Assembly (NCBI GenBank): GCA_963805855.1
Contig: CAWDVW010000006.1
Span: forward strand, 96,001 to 160,000
Source of the DNA: Candidatus Dadabacteria bacterium
Lineage (GTDB): Bacteria; Desulfobacterota_D; UBA1144; Nemesobacterales; CSP1-2
Direction of reading: 5' to 3'
DNA length: 64,000 nt
Below, one piece after another: positions 48,472 through 59,560 of the stretch (position 1 is its first letter; every line of letters begins with the position of its first letter). The notes below the pieces were generated by a model, which ran no database searches, was not told where the DNA came from, and saw nothing but the letters and a program-made list of their open reading frames with translations. A program made the position numbers and the translations under genes.

Positions 48472-49338
48472 TCAAGTGGAACTGTTTGTTGCTTGTTTTC
48501 GTTTAATTACATTTAAGATGAGACTCAGAAGCATCAAACCTTTATTCCCATCATCGTCATTTTTGAGGGAATCAATGTAATTAATACTTTCCGTTAGAGA
48601 TTCATCATTAGGCGCAATTCTAAGAGCAGTTCTCAATACCTCCAGTGCCTCATCGTACCACCCTTTTTCCGCCAATGACATTGCCAAGGAGTTATATGCG
48701 GGGATAAAATCCGGATATGTCCCCAGAATTTCATCAAATTTGCTTATAGATTCATCTATCCATCCCAAATCTTGATAACAGTTTCCTATTGACAAATGAG
48801 CCCAATAATCATTTGGAAACATTTCAACATGCTTGCGCATCTCATTCAGCGATTCAATTGTCCATCCCATATCGAAGTAGCATAAACCAAGCTGATAATG
48901 TATTTCATTTTTGATATAATCTGAATTCGCATTTGATTTCGCACACGCAGCTAGATCGTGGATGGAATCCTCATAACATCCCAATACCCTGAAAGTTAAT
49001 GCCCTGTTCCATCTAGCCAGCGTACAGTCAGCATCAAGGTTCAACGCATAGTGGAATACTTCGAGAGCATCGTGATACCGGCCTATCCTTGATAGGGTAA
49101 TTCCGAGCTGGCTCCAAAGATATGGATCATTAGGAGTTATGTCCAGTGCTTTCTTAAAGCATTGGATGGATTGTTTAAATGCCCCCATAGAGTCATATGT
49201 AAGGGCAAAGGAAAGATACACGTCTGGATCAAGTGGTGCTATCTCCAAAGCCTTCGTCAACTCGGATATGGCCTCTTCGTACCTTCCTGCTTCTTTAAAA
49301 TTGTCTGCCTTGGTTAATAGCCTTTCGAGTCTTCCCAT
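48472..49338 (-). CDS. TPR repeat protein
   Basis: About seven TPR repeats. Confidence 0.85.
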   Translation of the reverse strand: MGRLERLLTKADNFKEAGRYEEAISELTKALEIAPLDPDVYLSFALTYDSMGAFKQSIQCFKKALDITPNDPYLWSQLGITLSRIGRYHDALEVFHYALNLDADCTLARWNRALTFRVLGCYEDSIHDLAACAKSNANSDYIKNEIHYQLGLCYFDMGWTIESLNEMRKHVEMFPNDYWAHLSIGNCYQDLGWIDESISKFDEILGTYPDFIPAYNSLAMSLAEKGWYDEALEVLRTALRIAPNDESLTESINYIDSLKNDDDGNKGLMLLSLILNVIKRKQATNSST

Positions 49339-49627
49339 GATTCAAGTCAGCAGTTAAGAATTCGTTAAAGAATATTTATAATAAATGAACTTGTCAATAT
49401 TGATTAACATTATTGTAGAAATCGGACGATTTGGATATGTAAACGCACAATATGTTACATGTATTCAATCGTAAATCAGATTTAGCTGAATTTATTTTAC
49501 TTCACAAAGTATCCCGGTCCTTAGTAGATTTAATTCTCATTTAACCGTAACTCTTGACAAATAAAAGGAAATTAAATAGAGTGAAATTCAACTTATATTC
49601 ACATAAAATTATGTTAGGGGTTACAAC

Positions 49628-49906
49628 ATGAAGAAATCTGAAATAGAAAAAGAGCTTGCGTCAAAATTTAATCTTCAATCACAACAATCTGAAAGGATTA
49701 TTGATACGATCATAGAGCATATGACGAATGTCCTCAAGAATGGGGGGAGAATCGAAATAAGGGGCTTCGGTAGTTTCTTCACGAAAGGGTATAAGACCTA
49801 TACCGGTCGAAATCCCAGGACCGGACATTCTGTAACAGTTCCACCAAAAAAGCTTCCTCATTTCAGGCCAAGTAAAGAGCTTCTAAAAAAGATTAACAAC
49901 GGATAG
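49628..49906 (+). CDS. ihfB: Integration host factor beta subunit / HU family
   Basis: GGRIEIRGFGSF, GRNPRTG, PHFRPSKEL. Confidence 0.85.
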   Translation: MKKSEIEKELASKFNLQSQQSERIIDTIIEHMTNVLKNGGRIEIRGFGSFFTKGYKTYTGRNPRTGHSVTVPPKKLPHFRPSKELLKKINNG

Positions 49907-50041
49907 GGCAGTTAACATTTTGGGATTTATTTTTGAGTTGCCTTACCTTAATCCATTCCCAAGATAGGTTGTTGAAACAAAAAATATTGATTAGGTCTAT
50001 GATTGACTTCTATTATCTATTTGATAGGATTTTAATTAATT

Positions 50042-50569
50042 ATGGCCTTACTCCCTATATTGACATATCCTGATCCAAGATTAAGGAGTAAATCCTCTTC
50101 TGTAGAGACTGTAAATGCAGAAATTAAAAGACTTCTTGATGATATGGCTGAAACTATGTATGATGCCCCAGGTGTGGGACTCGCTGCCTCTCAGGTTGGT
50201 GTCAATGTGCGTGCAATAGTGGTTGATATAGCAGCCCAAGAGGAGGATTCTCCGGGGCTCATCAAGCTTATAAACCCGGAGATTGTATTTTCGGAAGGAC
50301 AGCAGATCGGTGAGGAGGGTTGTTTGAGCATACCGGGATTTGTAAGTCTGGTTAAGAGGAAGGAAAGGGTAACAGTAAAAGGACTCAATGAAGAAGGGAA
50401 GCACGCTGAAATTGATGCTTCCGGATTATTGGCAAGGGTTTTGCAACATGAAATAGATCACATAGACGGTATTCTTTTTATCGATAGACTCAGCAGGTTA
50501 AAGAGAGAATTGTTTAAGAAAAGGATCGACAAGGCATTTGGCAGAAGCGAGACCTACGCGGCTTTTTGA
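50042..50569 (+). CDS. def: Peptide deformylase
   Basis: [24 protein letters not shown]. Confidence 0.96.
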   Translation: MALLPILTYPDPRLRSKSSSVETVNAEIKRLLDDMAETMYDAPGVGLAASQVGVNVRAIVVDIAAQEEDSPGLIKLINPEIVFSEGQQIGEEGCLSIPGFVSLVKRKERVTVKGLNEEGKHAEIDASGLLARVLQHEIDHIDGILFIDRLSRLKRELFKKRIDKAFGRSETYAAF

Positions 50570-50748
50570 ACCTTTCCAGATCTTATACAGCTTGCACATA
50601 CCCTTATCCTTTTCACCTCACCACTAGAAAGTCGTGCCCTCACTCTTCTTAAATTCACATTCCACCGTCTTTTGGTTTTATTATTAGCATGGCTAACGTT
50701 ATGGCCATAAAGCGGCTTCTTTCCACAACAATCACAGATCTGTGACAT
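50554..50748 (-). CDS. rpmB: 50S ribosomal protein L28 (Zn-binding form)
   Basis: CDCCGK...[19 protein letters not shown]...VCASC. Confidence 0.95.
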   Translation of the reverse strand: MSQICDCCGKKPLYGHNVSHANNKTKRRWNVNLRRVRARLSSGEVKRIRVCASCIRSGKVQKAA

Positions 50749-50881
50749 CGGTATTTCTTCCTTATTGAAAAAGTGAGTGTAATATACCTATTTATTTGAC
50801 AAATTCAAGCCGATTGGATCGTTTTACTATTTCACATCTGCTTCCTAGACAATAAGTGCCTTTTGTCTTAGAATTAGCAAT

Positions 50882-52033
50882 ATGGCTTCAAATTTATCGG
50901 ATGAGATAGCACCTTTTCTCGTCATGGATGTATTGGAGAGAGCCAAGGAGCTAGAACTCGAGGGCAAGAGAGTAATCCATTTTGAAGTAGGTGAGCCCGA
51001 TATTCCAACTCCAAAGGTTATTTGCGACGAAGCCATTCATGCCATTCAAAATGGGGACACAAAATACACACCAAGCCTGGGGATTCCTGAATTAAGGGCA
51101 GCAATCGTAGAAGGTTACAAAGAAAATTATGGGGTAGAGATTGCACCCGCCCGTGCTGTCATAACGATGGGAAGTTCACCTGCGCTGTTCCTAACTTTGC
51201 TTTCGCTTGTTGATCCCGGAGACGATGTGATAATAACCGATCCTCACTATGCATGTTATCCGAAGATCATAAGAATTGCAGGGGCGGTCCCGAAATTATT
51301 TCGGATCTATGAGGAAGAGGATTTCCAAATCGATATTCCTGCTCTTAAAAAGATAATTACAGATAAAACTAAGGCTATCCTAATTAATTCACCTTCAAAT
51401 CCCACTGGTATAGTTTTAGACGAAGAAATAATTAAGGAAATTTCTGAGCTCGGCCCCTTTGTCATATCAGACGAAATATACCACGGTCTGGTTTATGGTT
51501 CTGAGGCTCATTCAATCTACGAATTTACTGATAAGGCGTTCGTCGTTAATGGAATGTCTAAGCTTTATTCAATGACTGGATGGCGACTTGGTTATTTGCT
51601 GGCCCCCGAAGAATTTATTCGTCCCATACAAAAACTACAACAAAACCTCTTTATTTCTCCAAACCCATTTGTGCAAAGGGCGGGGATTGCGGCGTTAAAG
51701 CTTGCGAAAGAACATGTTCGGGAGATGGTGCGACTGTTTTCTGAGAGGAGAGAACTGATGATCAAAGGACTCAGGGGGTTAGGGTTTGAAATTAAAGCAG
51801 AGCCTAGTGGGGCCTTTTATGTATTCGTGAATGCGAAGAAGCTAAATTATGATTCACATGATTTAGCGTTTGATATTCTGGAGAAAGCACATGTAGCAGT
51901 GACACCGGGCATAGATTTTGGATTTGGAGGAGAAGGATATTTGAGATTTTCATATGCAACTTCTATGGACTGTATTGAAGAGGGGATCAGGAGGTTGGAT
52001 AAGTATATAGGTAATAGAATGGCTATTGGTTGA
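50882..52033 (+). CDS. Class I/II PLP aminotransferase (aspartate aminotransferase-like)
   Basis: VGEPD, NSPSNPTG, SDEIY, GMSKLYSMTGWRLG, LRFSYA. Confidence 0.9.
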   Translation: MASNLSDEIAPFLVMDVLERAKELELEGKRVIHFEVGEPDIPTPKVICDEAIHAIQNGDTKYTPSLGIPELRAAIVEGYKENYGVEIAPARAVITMGSSPALFLTLLSLVDPGDDVIITDPHYACYPKIIRIAGAVPKLFRIYEEEDFQIDIPALKKIITDKTKAILINSPSNPTGIVLDEEIIKEISELGPFVISDEIYHGLVYGSEAHSIYEFTDKAFVVNGMSKLYSMTGWRLGYLLAPEEFIRPIQKLQQNLFISPNPFVQRAGIAALKLAKEHVREMVRLFSERRELMIKGLRGLGFEIKAEPSGAFYVFVNAKKLNYDSHDLAFDILEKAHVAVTPGIDFGFGGEGYLRFSYATSMDCIEEGIRRLDKYIGNRMAIG

Positions 52034-52066
52034 ACTCCATGCTCTCATCCTCCTGATTATCTGATA

Positions 52067-52645
52067 TTTAACTAGGGAATTCCCTGTAGCTTGCTATAGG
52101 CTTTCGCATCGCCTGTCATTGCAAACACATTCGCATTCCTCAGTGCAGGCTCCGTCAAGCAATCTCATTTTCGGATTGCTTCGTCGCTTCGCTCCCCGCA
52201 AATGTAGATGTTAGATTTTTCATGGACAAAATCCAAAAAATAATAAATTTCCTCGAAATTTACTCATCCGTCATCCTCGAATCTTCCCCGCCAGAAATAT
52301 GCGGGGACAAGCTTTATCGGGGATCCATTGTTTAATCTTTTATTTTCTTTGTCTTGATACAAAGAAACAAAAATCAAGGGCTGACAAAAAACGCTTGCGT
52401 ATCGAGCGAATGCGAGATATCTATTGCTATAATTAATTAGTTCTCTCAGTCACTTTGCTCCTTCGAGATGACAGTAATGATTGTCACTTTTCTTAACGCT
52501 TCCGGATTTGATTTTGGCAATTTTTTGAATGCCCATTTAAGATCTAAGATACTGTCCCCGAAATATCTAACATCTACAGCAATGACATTTGATACGTTCA
52601 GTTTATATTATGATACCCTGCAGCTTGCTGCAGGGAGTTTCATTT
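52067..52645. mobile_element. Nested non-autonomous element (MITE-like), copy B, the most complete
   Basis: Outer CCCTG-N-AGCTTGCT-N-AGG palindromes at both ends, a GTCATTGC...GCAATGAC REP-like layer, and an inner TIR element at 52203-52578. Confidence 0.82.
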
Positions 52646-52945
52646 ATAAATATAGCAGGATAAATAGAAAGATAACTACCTATTTAGGTCGATTAGAGAG
52701 TTTTATCGCCGGCTAAAACGGGGGATTTGATGAATGATATCAGTTCCTATATAATTTCAGACAAATTCTCCCGAGGATGAGATTTGTTTTGGGAACATAC
52801 ACGATGAACACTCAAGAGTCCTAATATCAAGTTGTTCCCTGTGTGATCATGATCTCAGATAAGCTTTAAGGGCTTCATGTGTTTATCAAACCGCAATCTT
52901 TAAACATTAGTGTAAGGAGCAGGCTAGTACCTTTGGAGGTATGAT

Positions 52946-53707
52946 TTGAACGGAAAAAAACTCATCGTAGCAAATTGGAAGATGAACTTGTTGCGAAAAG
53001 ACTCTGAAAAATTTGCTATTAAGGTCGTTGAGCTGATTAAGGATTATACTCCAAACGTTGATGTAGTATTGGCTCCTGCGTATACTTTACTCGACGTTGT
53101 CTATGACGTAATTCATAGAACGGATATTCAACTCGGGGCACAGGATGTGTTTTGGAAGGACTCGGGCGCATTTACAGGAGAGGTTTCTCCGTATATGCTA
53201 AAGGATGTGGGTTGTGATTGGGCGATTATAGGTCATTCGGAGAGAAGGAATATATTAAAAGAAACTGACAATATGATCCGAGAAAAGATTCAGGCAACGT
53301 TGAAGGCGGGGCTAAAAGCAATTCTTTGTGTTGGTGAGACAGAAGAAGAAAGGGCAAAGGGAAAAACTGTCAAAACTGTTGAGGGTCAATTGGTCAGCGG
53401 TCTGAAGGATCAGGCGTTGGGCGATATTTCAAGTCTTGCGATAGCATACGAGCCCGTGTGGGCTATTGGGACGGGGAAGAATGCGACACCAGGGGAAATT
53501 GCCTATGTTCATTCGGTCATCAAGGATGTATCAAGAGGCATTTTACGAGTATCTGCTGATAAACTAAGAATCCTCTATGGTGGAAGTGTTACTCATGAAA
53601 ATATAAGAGAGATTATCTCAACAGAAAATGTTGATGGGGCTTTGGTTGGTGGTGCCAGTCTTGATGCATATGCATTTTCAAATATAGTAAAGGTAGCAGG
53701 AGATTAA
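52946..53707 (+). CDS. tpiA: Triose-phosphate isomerase
   Basis: ANWKMN, GHSERR, AYEPVWAIGTG, LYGGSV, DGALVGGASL. Confidence 0.97.
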   Translation: MNGKKLIVANWKMNLLRKDSEKFAIKVVELIKDYTPNVDVVLAPAYTLLDVVYDVIHRTDIQLGAQDVFWKDSGAFTGEVSPYMLKDVGCDWAIIGHSERRNILKETDNMIREKIQATLKAGLKAILCVGETEEERAKGKTVKTVEGQLVSGLKDQALGDISSLAIAYEPVWAIGTGKNATPGEIAYVHSVIKDVSRGILRVSADKLRILYGGSVTHENIREIISTENVDGALVGGASLDAYAFSNIVKVAGD

Positions 53708-53713
53708 CGGGAC

Positions 53714-54139
53714 GTGGATATATTAATAACTCTTATTACGGTATTTCATATTGCGATTGCAATATTACTAGTAATAACCGTACTGCTTCAACCCGGAAAG
53801 GGTGGAGATCTTGGTTCGATGTTTGGCGGCGGCATGTCAGACTCGATATTTGGTTCTAGCGGTGCGGTTCCATTCTTAACAAAGACAACCAGGGTTCTTG
53901 CCGTTCTGTTCCTTGTAACTTCTCTTTCGCTTGGATTTTTCTTAACGAGAGACTATAAATCTTCGGTCGTGAAGGATCAGCCCGCTGCCCAAATTCATGA
54001 CGAGTTTGAAGAATTACCAGGGGCGGCTGAACCCGGAACTCAGGATGTCTCGTCAACGAGTCCCGGGGTGGAGGAGGGGAAATCATCATCGGCTGATGAA
54101 GCATCTGAGACTGTTCCCAAAGGGGATTCTAAGAACTAA
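53714..54139 (+). CDS. secG: Preprotein translocase subunit SecG
   Basis: VLLQPGKGGDLGSMFGGG, LTKTT; follows tpiA (conserved synteny). Confidence 0.92.
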   Translation: MDILITLITVFHIAIAILLVITVLLQPGKGGDLGSMFGGGMSDSIFGSSGAVPFLTKTTRVLAVLFLVTSLSLGFFLTRDYKSSVVKDQPAAQIHDEFEELPGAAEPGTQDVSSTSPGVEEGKSSSADEASETVPKGDSKN

Positions 54140-54231
54140 ATTCTCTGTATTTTAGTGATGTGGCAACTAAATACTTGAATACTTTTGGGTAGTTGAGTAT
54201 ATTTACTGCTTAATTCAAGGAGGTTATTGAT

Positions 54232-54495
54232 ATGGCCTATATCATTGCTGAGCCCTGTATTACGGTAAAGGATAAATCCTGCGTCGAAGCTTGCCCCGTG
54301 GATTGCATTTATGAAGGGGATGAGCAGCTTTATATCCATCCAGAAGAATGTATTGATTGCGGTGCTTGCGTTGATCCGTGTCCCGTTGATGCGATATTTC
54401 ACGAAGATGAACTTCCCGACAAGTGGAAAAGTTTTATTGAGAAGAACAAGAATTTCTTTGAAGGAAAAACTGACTTGGAACCGGCTCGTAAATAG
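54232..54495 (+). CDS. Dicluster ferredoxin (FdxA type)
   Basis: C-x7-CVEACPVDC and [21 protein letters not shown]. Confidence 0.92.
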   Translation: MAYIIAEPCITVKDKSCVEACPVDCIYEGDEQLYIHPEECIDCGACVDPCPVDAIFHEDELPDKWKSFIEKNKNFFEGKTDLEPARK

Positions 54496-54621
54496 CATTT
54501 GGAAATCCAACGTTTGTTTGCCCACTCTTTTGGTTTCTTTAACTATTAAATCAAACTCAAATTAGATATCTTAAGAGGAGGTATGCCGATTAAGCATATG
54601 CCCCTTCTTATAAATTGATTT

Positions 54622-55329
54622 GTGGCTCGGGATAACCAGTTAAAGAGCACCAAATCCTCACGTGATGCGATGCACAACCTAGACAACGATATTGATGCAA
54701 AAAAGAAAAGGGTTAAGAGAATATTAGATGTTTTTAGAAAACTGTATCCCAGTCCAAAATGTCACTTGAATTTCAATAGTCCACTCGAGCTTCTGATTGG
54801 AACCATACTTTCAGCTCAATGCACTGATGAAAGAGTAAATCAAGTGACCAGGACGCTGTTCAAAAAGTATAGATCCGCCAGGGATTATGCTAAAGCAAAC
54901 CCGCAAGAGCTAGAGAATGACATACGTACAACCGGATTCTTTAGAAACAAGGCAAGGTCGATTATAAAGTGCACCAAAATCCTGGATGAAAAGTATTCGG
55001 GTGAGGTTCCTTTCGTCATGGAAGAACTCACAGAGCTTGATGGAGTCGGAAGGAAGACTGCTAATGTTGTTCTAGGCAACGCTTTTGGAAAGCCTGCTAT
55101 AATTGTTGATACACATATTAGGAGGCTAGCGCATAGGTTGGGTCTCTCGAATAAGAAAGACCCGGATAGGATAGAAATCGATATCAGGGATTTAGTGCCC
55201 AGAGATCAATGGACCTATTTCTCACTTGCCCTTGGAGATCACGGCCGAACGATTTGTAAAGCTAGAAAACCGAACTGCGCGGAGTGCAAGATTAATCAAC
55301 TGTGTCCCTCGGCTTGGACATTTGATTAG
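54622..55329 (+). CDS. nth: Endonuclease III
   Basis: ILSAQCTDERVN, HhH LDGVGRKTANVV, VDTH, C-x6-C-x2-C-x5-C Fe-S motif. Confidence 0.95.
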   Translation: MARDNQLKSTKSSRDAMHNLDNDIDAKKKRVKRILDVFRKLYPSPKCHLNFNSPLELLIGTILSAQCTDERVNQVTRTLFKKYRSARDYAKANPQELENDIRTTGFFRNKARSIIKCTKILDEKYSGEVPFVMEELTELDGVGRKTANVVLGNAFGKPAIIVDTHIRRLAHRLGLSNKKDPDRIEIDIRDLVPRDQWTYFSLALGDHGRTICKARKPNCAECKINQLCPSAWTFD

Positions 55330-55350
55330 ATATTTATTTAAATTGTAGAA

Positions 55351-56319
55351 ATGCAAAAGTTTTTGATGATGAAGAGAAGATACAACGCCTACAGCAATTT
55401 CCTAAAGGAGAAATTCGGCTGCAGGGTCCATAAGGTTTCTGTAGATATGGGATTTACATGCCCAAACAGGGATGGCAGTATTGCGCTAGGCGGTTGTGTT
55501 TACTGTAATAACGATACGTTTGTTCCCCCTTATGCCCGCGTGCGATTCTCGATGCAGGAACAGATAGAAAATGGGATGAGATATCTGAAAAAGAGGTTTA
55601 AGGCTGAGAAATTTATAATATATTTTCAGGCTTATACAAATACATATGACCGGATTGAGAAATTGGAAAAGTTATACAGGGAATCACTCGGTTATGGCGA
55701 TGTTGTGGGTATTGCGGTTGGAACCAGGTCCGATTGCATCGATGAGAAAAAGATGGAATTGTTTGAGGCTTTGGCTGATGAGTGCTTCGTGTCAGTCGAG
55801 TATGGAATAGAATCTATATATGACAAGACCCTGCGTTTTATGAACAGAGGTCATGATTATCAATCTGTCATAGATGCAATTGAGCTTACGAAGGGAAGAG
55901 GAGTACATATTGGGGCGCATATAATCCTGGGCATGCCCACTGAAACTGGAGAAGAGATGCTGCTTATGGCAGAAGAGGTATCAAAGTTGGGGATAGACTC
56001 ATTAAAAATTCACAATCTCCACGTAGTAAAAAATACTCCTCTTGCTGAGATTTACAAAAATTCACCTTTTCATCTTTTCAGTTATCACGAATATATCGAT
56101 CTTATCACTAGCTTCCTTGAACGTATTTCTCCCGACCTTGTAATTGAAAGGCTATTTACCGACACGCCTGAAGATCTCCTGATAGCCCCTGTTTGGAACA
56201 AGACCCATAATGCGATAATGCGTGCAATAGAGGAAGCGCTTGAATGGAAGAATACTTATCAGGGTAGGTTGTTTAATCACAATGAAAGCTTGGGGGAAAA
56301 GGCTCCCGTTCGTAGATAA
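55351..56319 (+). CDS. Radical SAM protein, TIGR01212/YhcC family
   Basis: GFTCPNRDG...GGCVYC, YFQAYTNTY, LKIHNLHVVKNT. Confidence 0.9.
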   Translation: MQKFLMMKRRYNAYSNFLKEKFGCRVHKVSVDMGFTCPNRDGSIALGGCVYCNNDTFVPPYARVRFSMQEQIENGMRYLKKRFKAEKFIIYFQAYTNTYDRIEKLEKLYRESLGYGDVVGIAVGTRSDCIDEKKMELFEALADECFVSVEYGIESIYDKTLRFMNRGHDYQSVIDAIELTKGRGVHIGAHIILGMPTETGEEMLLMAEEVSKLGIDSLKIHNLHVVKNTPLAEIYKNSPFHLFSYHEYIDLITSFLERISPDLVIERLFTDTPEDLLIAPVWNKTHNAIMRAIEEALEWKNTYQGRLFNHNESLGEKAPVRR

Positions 56320-56347
56320 ATAATTTTTTCAATCGAAATTAATAGAG

Positions 56348-56377
56348 TTAAAACCTTTTCCGATATTGATCGTATTA
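56348..56377 (+). promoter_or_regulatory. ECF sigma promoter (autoregulatory)
   Basis: TTAAAACCTTT-N11-TCGTATTA; AAAC and CGTA with a 16-nt spacer; identical boxes at 58833. Confidence 0.7.
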
Positions 56378-56414
56378 CCTATTAGGCTTAAAAAATCAAA
56401 AAAATGAGAGTCTG

Positions 56415-57050
56415 TTGACAGATTTTGCCGAAAAGAAAGAGCCCACAGACGAAGAGGCCATGGTTAGGTTTCAAAATGGAGACTCAGCAGCTTTTGATGT
56501 TCTTCTCCACCAGCATAGCGCTGCTATTCTTAGATTTATAATGAATATGATGACAGTTAATAAATCGAATGCTGAAGATCTATTACAAGAAATATTCATG
56601 AAGGTCATAAAAAATAGAAAGCAATACGATTCAAACAGGAAATTTACCACTTGGCTTTATACCATAGCTAGGAACCGCTGCATAGATTACCTCAAGGCGG
56701 AAAAACACAGGCGCTACAGCTCCCTGGATGCTCCTCTCAATAGTGAGGCTAGCGACGGTTCAGTTCAATTGGAGATTGTTAGAAGCAAAGAGAAAAATCA
56801 GGAAGAAAAAATGATGAATAAGGAGATACGGGCAATACTCAACAGCGGAGTCGAAAATTTAAGAGCAGAGTTTAGGGAGGTCTTTTTGCTAAGGGAAATC
56901 GAGAGCCTTTCTCTTAAAGAGATTGCTGACATTACAAATGTCCCAATCGGTACTGTAAAAAGCCGCCTTAGATATGCTTATTTGAATCTCAGGGAGATTT
57001 TTATTCAGGCTGGTTATTTTGAGGAAGGGCAAATGGCTAAAGGGGTGTAA
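56415..57050 (+). CDS. ECF-family RNA polymerase sigma factor
   Basis: AEDLLQEIF, FTTWLYTIARNRCIDY, EIADITNVPIGTVKSRL. Confidence 0.92.
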   Translation: MTDFAEKKEPTDEEAMVRFQNGDSAAFDVLLHQHSAAILRFIMNMMTVNKSNAEDLLQEIFMKVIKNRKQYDSNRKFTTWLYTIARNRCIDYLKAEKHRRYSSLDAPLNSEASDGSVQLEIVRSKEKNQEEKMMNKEIRAILNSGVENLRAEFREVFLLREIESLSLKEIADITNVPIGTVKSRLRYAYLNLREIFIQAGYFEEGQMAKGV

Positions 57051-57059
57051 AAGGCAATT

Positions 57060-58160
57060 ATGAGTTGTGAGAAATTTGAGGAGCTTTTAATCGATTTCAT
57101 AGAGGGTGTAATTGAGCCATCCGATATCGAATTGGTCAAAAAGCATCTTGCCACATGTCAAAACTGTTGTAAAAAGATGGATGAATTTAAGGAGGTTAGA
57201 AAGGTATTTAATGGAGATACCCATCCAGAGCCATCTCCAGAGGTGTTGGCGAGATTATCAAGGATAGCCAGAGAAGAGTTAGAAAAAGATAATGTTCCCT
57301 TCTGGAGGAAGTGGTTTTATTCTCCAATTTTAGTTCCAGTCCTTAGTGCTGGTTTGGCACTGGGTATATGGATTTCCTATGGCCAAAAAGATGTGAGGTA
57401 TGGTCCCGATGACGCAATATACTCAACGGAGGTTATGGCTAAAAAGATGCCTAGGGCACAAGAGTCGCATTTCCGAGCCGTTCGGGAAGAAGCTGTTCCA
57501 AATTTAGAATCCAATCAAGGTCTGTCATTGTCTGATGAACCCGTCTCTGCGCCTTATCTCGCTTCCGGAAAGAAAAGCAGAATCGAAGAAGAAACGACAA
57601 CAAGATCTGGCGAGCCTGCTCCTGCCAAAGAAGTGATTGCCAGAGGGGATATCAAAGAAGATGATGAATATTCCCTGCACAGAGATGAGGTTTCTGACAA
57701 GTTGGAAGCTAAAGCAATTGAAGAACCGGCTTCGGGACCGAAAATTGAAGCTGAAGAGGAGGCTTTTGAAGTTGGATCACTGTCGAAAGGAATATCTGGT
57801 GAGACAGAAGAGCAGAGGTCCCAAGAAGTTAAGCAAAAATCCAATATACCGACCTCATATTCATATACTGAAACGGCCTATAAAGATAAATTGGATTTAG
57901 GGCTCAAGCAGCAAAAAGAAGGGAACTGTGAGGCATCTATAAAGACGAATGAAGGGCTTGTTAATGTAACACCACCTCCAACGGACCCAATAATGGGAAA
58001 AGCTTACCTTTCCTTAGGCGAGTGTTATGAGCAACTGCGAGAGTGGGACAAGGCTGTAATTAGTTATAAAAATCTCCAGAAGATATCTCCGGAGCAGACT
58101 GCTTTTGCTTTAGATAAAATCGAATACATCAAGCGGCAAACGAGGATTTTAAAGAAGTAG
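57060..58160 (+). CDS. Anti-sigma factor: zf-HC2 zinc finger, TM helix, acidic linker, C-terminal TPR
   Basis: HLATCQNC (HxxxCxxC), one TM helix, C-terminal AYLSLGECYE TPR. Confidence 0.85.
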   Translation: MSCEKFEELLIDFIEGVIEPSDIELVKKHLATCQNCCKKMDEFKEVRKVFNGDTHPEPSPEVLARLSRIAREELEKDNVPFWRKWFYSPILVPVLSAGLALGIWISYGQKDVRYGPDDAIYSTEVMAKKMPRAQESHFRAVREEAVPNLESNQGLSLSDEPVSAPYLASGKKSRIEEETTTRSGEPAPAKEVIARGDIKEDDEYSLHRDEVSDKLEAKAIEEPASGPKIEAEEEAFEVGSLSKGISGETEEQRSQEVKQKSNIPTSYSYTETAYKDKLDLGLKQQKEGNCEASIKTNEGLVNVTPPPTDPIMGKAYLSLGECYEQLREWDKAVISYKNLQKISPEQTAFALDKIEYIKRQTRILKK

Positions 58161-58189
58161 CGACGGAAGATGCCGAACAATCCAAGCGC

Positions 58190-58686
58190 AATCGAGGGAT
58201 TGCTTTAGTTATTTCACTCCCTCGCAAATTGAAGCAATCCCATTAGTCAGGATTATTACGAGAGGGCCACACGAGATGAGCACTGAGTCAATCGACGTGC
58301 TCGCAATTTTAAAAACCAGATATTTCCGGGATAAGATCTTTAAGAGTATTTTCTTAATTTATCTTTTTTTTCTTTCTAACTTCTTTGTCTTGATACAAAG
58401 AAGCAACCCTTCGACTGTGCTCAGGACAAGGGCTTACAAAAAACGCTTGCGTATCGAGCGAATGCGAGATATCTATTGCTATAATTAATTAGTTCTCTCA
58501 GTCACTTTGCTCCTTCGAGATGACAGTAATGATTGTCACTTTTCTTAACGCTTCCGGAATTGATTTTGGCAATTTTTTGAATGCCCATATAAGATCTAAC
58601 AGACTGACCACTAAATATCTAACTTCTGCAATGACTGCAAGGACTTGATCTAAAATTGAAGATACCATGCTGCTTGCTGCGGGGGC
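58190..58686. mobile_element. Nested non-autonomous element (MITE-like), copy C, degenerate ends
   Basis: Core 58380-58597 near-identical to copies A and B, with an extra CCCTTCGACTGTGCTCAGGA insert; right end AAATATCTAACTTCT-GCAATGAC plus the outer palindrome. Confidence 0.78.
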
Positions 58687-58832
58687 TTGCTCAATTTGAC
58701 ATAGTTCAATATGGGGCTGAAGTCGCTCCCACTTTCTGAATTATCCTAAAAAGTAAATCATCACTTTTTTTATTTAAAATCCCTCGGTAGTGTTATTTTG
58801 TGACAATCTGTGGCTGAAAGAATTCATTCATT

Positions 58833-58862
58833 TTAAAACCTTTCTTAAGTTCATTCGTATTA
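58833..58862 (+). promoter_or_regulatory. ECF sigma promoter upstream of the PspA-vWA operon
   Basis: TTAAAACCTTT-N11-TCGTATTA, the same boxes as before the ECF gene. Confidence 0.7.
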
Positions 58863-58888
58863 ATCCATAAAATCCAAAAAAAGAGGGA

Positions 58889-59560
58889 ATGGAAATGGCA
58901 TTAAAAAATCGGATGGGGTTTCTCATCAAATCACAGCTCAACCACTTGGTGACAAGATCTGAAGACCCTGAGAAAGTCATTAATCAGGCGGTAGAAGAGA
59001 TTGATGATGGGCTGGAAAGTGCAAGATCAAGACTATCAGCACTTAAATTCAGAGTGGAAGAAGATCGACGTCTGCTAGAGAGGATCGGGGAGCAAATTTC
59101 CTATTGGGAGGAAAAGGCAGAACGGTTTATCGAAGATGATATGGAAGAAAATGCAAAAGAAGCGGTGAGGATGAGAAGAATCCTAGAAGGGCAACAGTGG
59201 GATATAAAGATCAGGCATGTAGAAGATGAAGAGAGGCTTAAAGAAATGGGTATTTCGCTTAAAGAGCTCGAAACCAGGGCACAGGTGGTAAGGGCCAAAA
59301 GAAATATTCTTATTAAAAAAATGAGTCTGGGTAAAGGTGAAACACATGAGGGAAGGGAAAAAAGGGATATAACTTTCGGTATCGAAGTTAAAGAACCTTT
59401 CAGCGTTTTCCACAAGATGGAAGAAAGGATAGAAGGCGAGGAAGGGTTCGATTATTTATTCCATGATAAGCAAAGGGAGATGTGGGAAAAGGAGGAGAAT
59501 CTCATCAATGAGGAAATTGCAAGAATAAAAAGAAAAATAAAAAAGGAGGGAGAAAAATGA
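58889..59560 (+). CDS. PspA/IM30 family protein
   Basis: RMGFLIKSQLN...EDPEKVINQAVEEI, long coiled coil, FHKMEERI. Confidence 0.78.
   Translation: MEMALKNRMGFLIKSQLNHLVTRSEDPEKVINQAVEEIDDGLESARSRLSALKFRVEEDRRLLERIGEQISYWEEKAERFIEDDMEENAKEAVRMRRILEGQQWDIKIRHVEDEERLKEMGISLKELETRAQVVRAKRNILIKKMSLGKGETHEGREKRDITFGIEVKEPFSVFHKMEERIEGEEGFDYLFHDKQREMWEKEENLINEEIARIKRKIKKEGEK

Noticed and set aside
52740-52850. Two hairpins upstream of tpiA as a riboswitch or 6S RNA
   Set aside because: Hairpins are present but I could not match a known family consensus; an Rfam search is needed.
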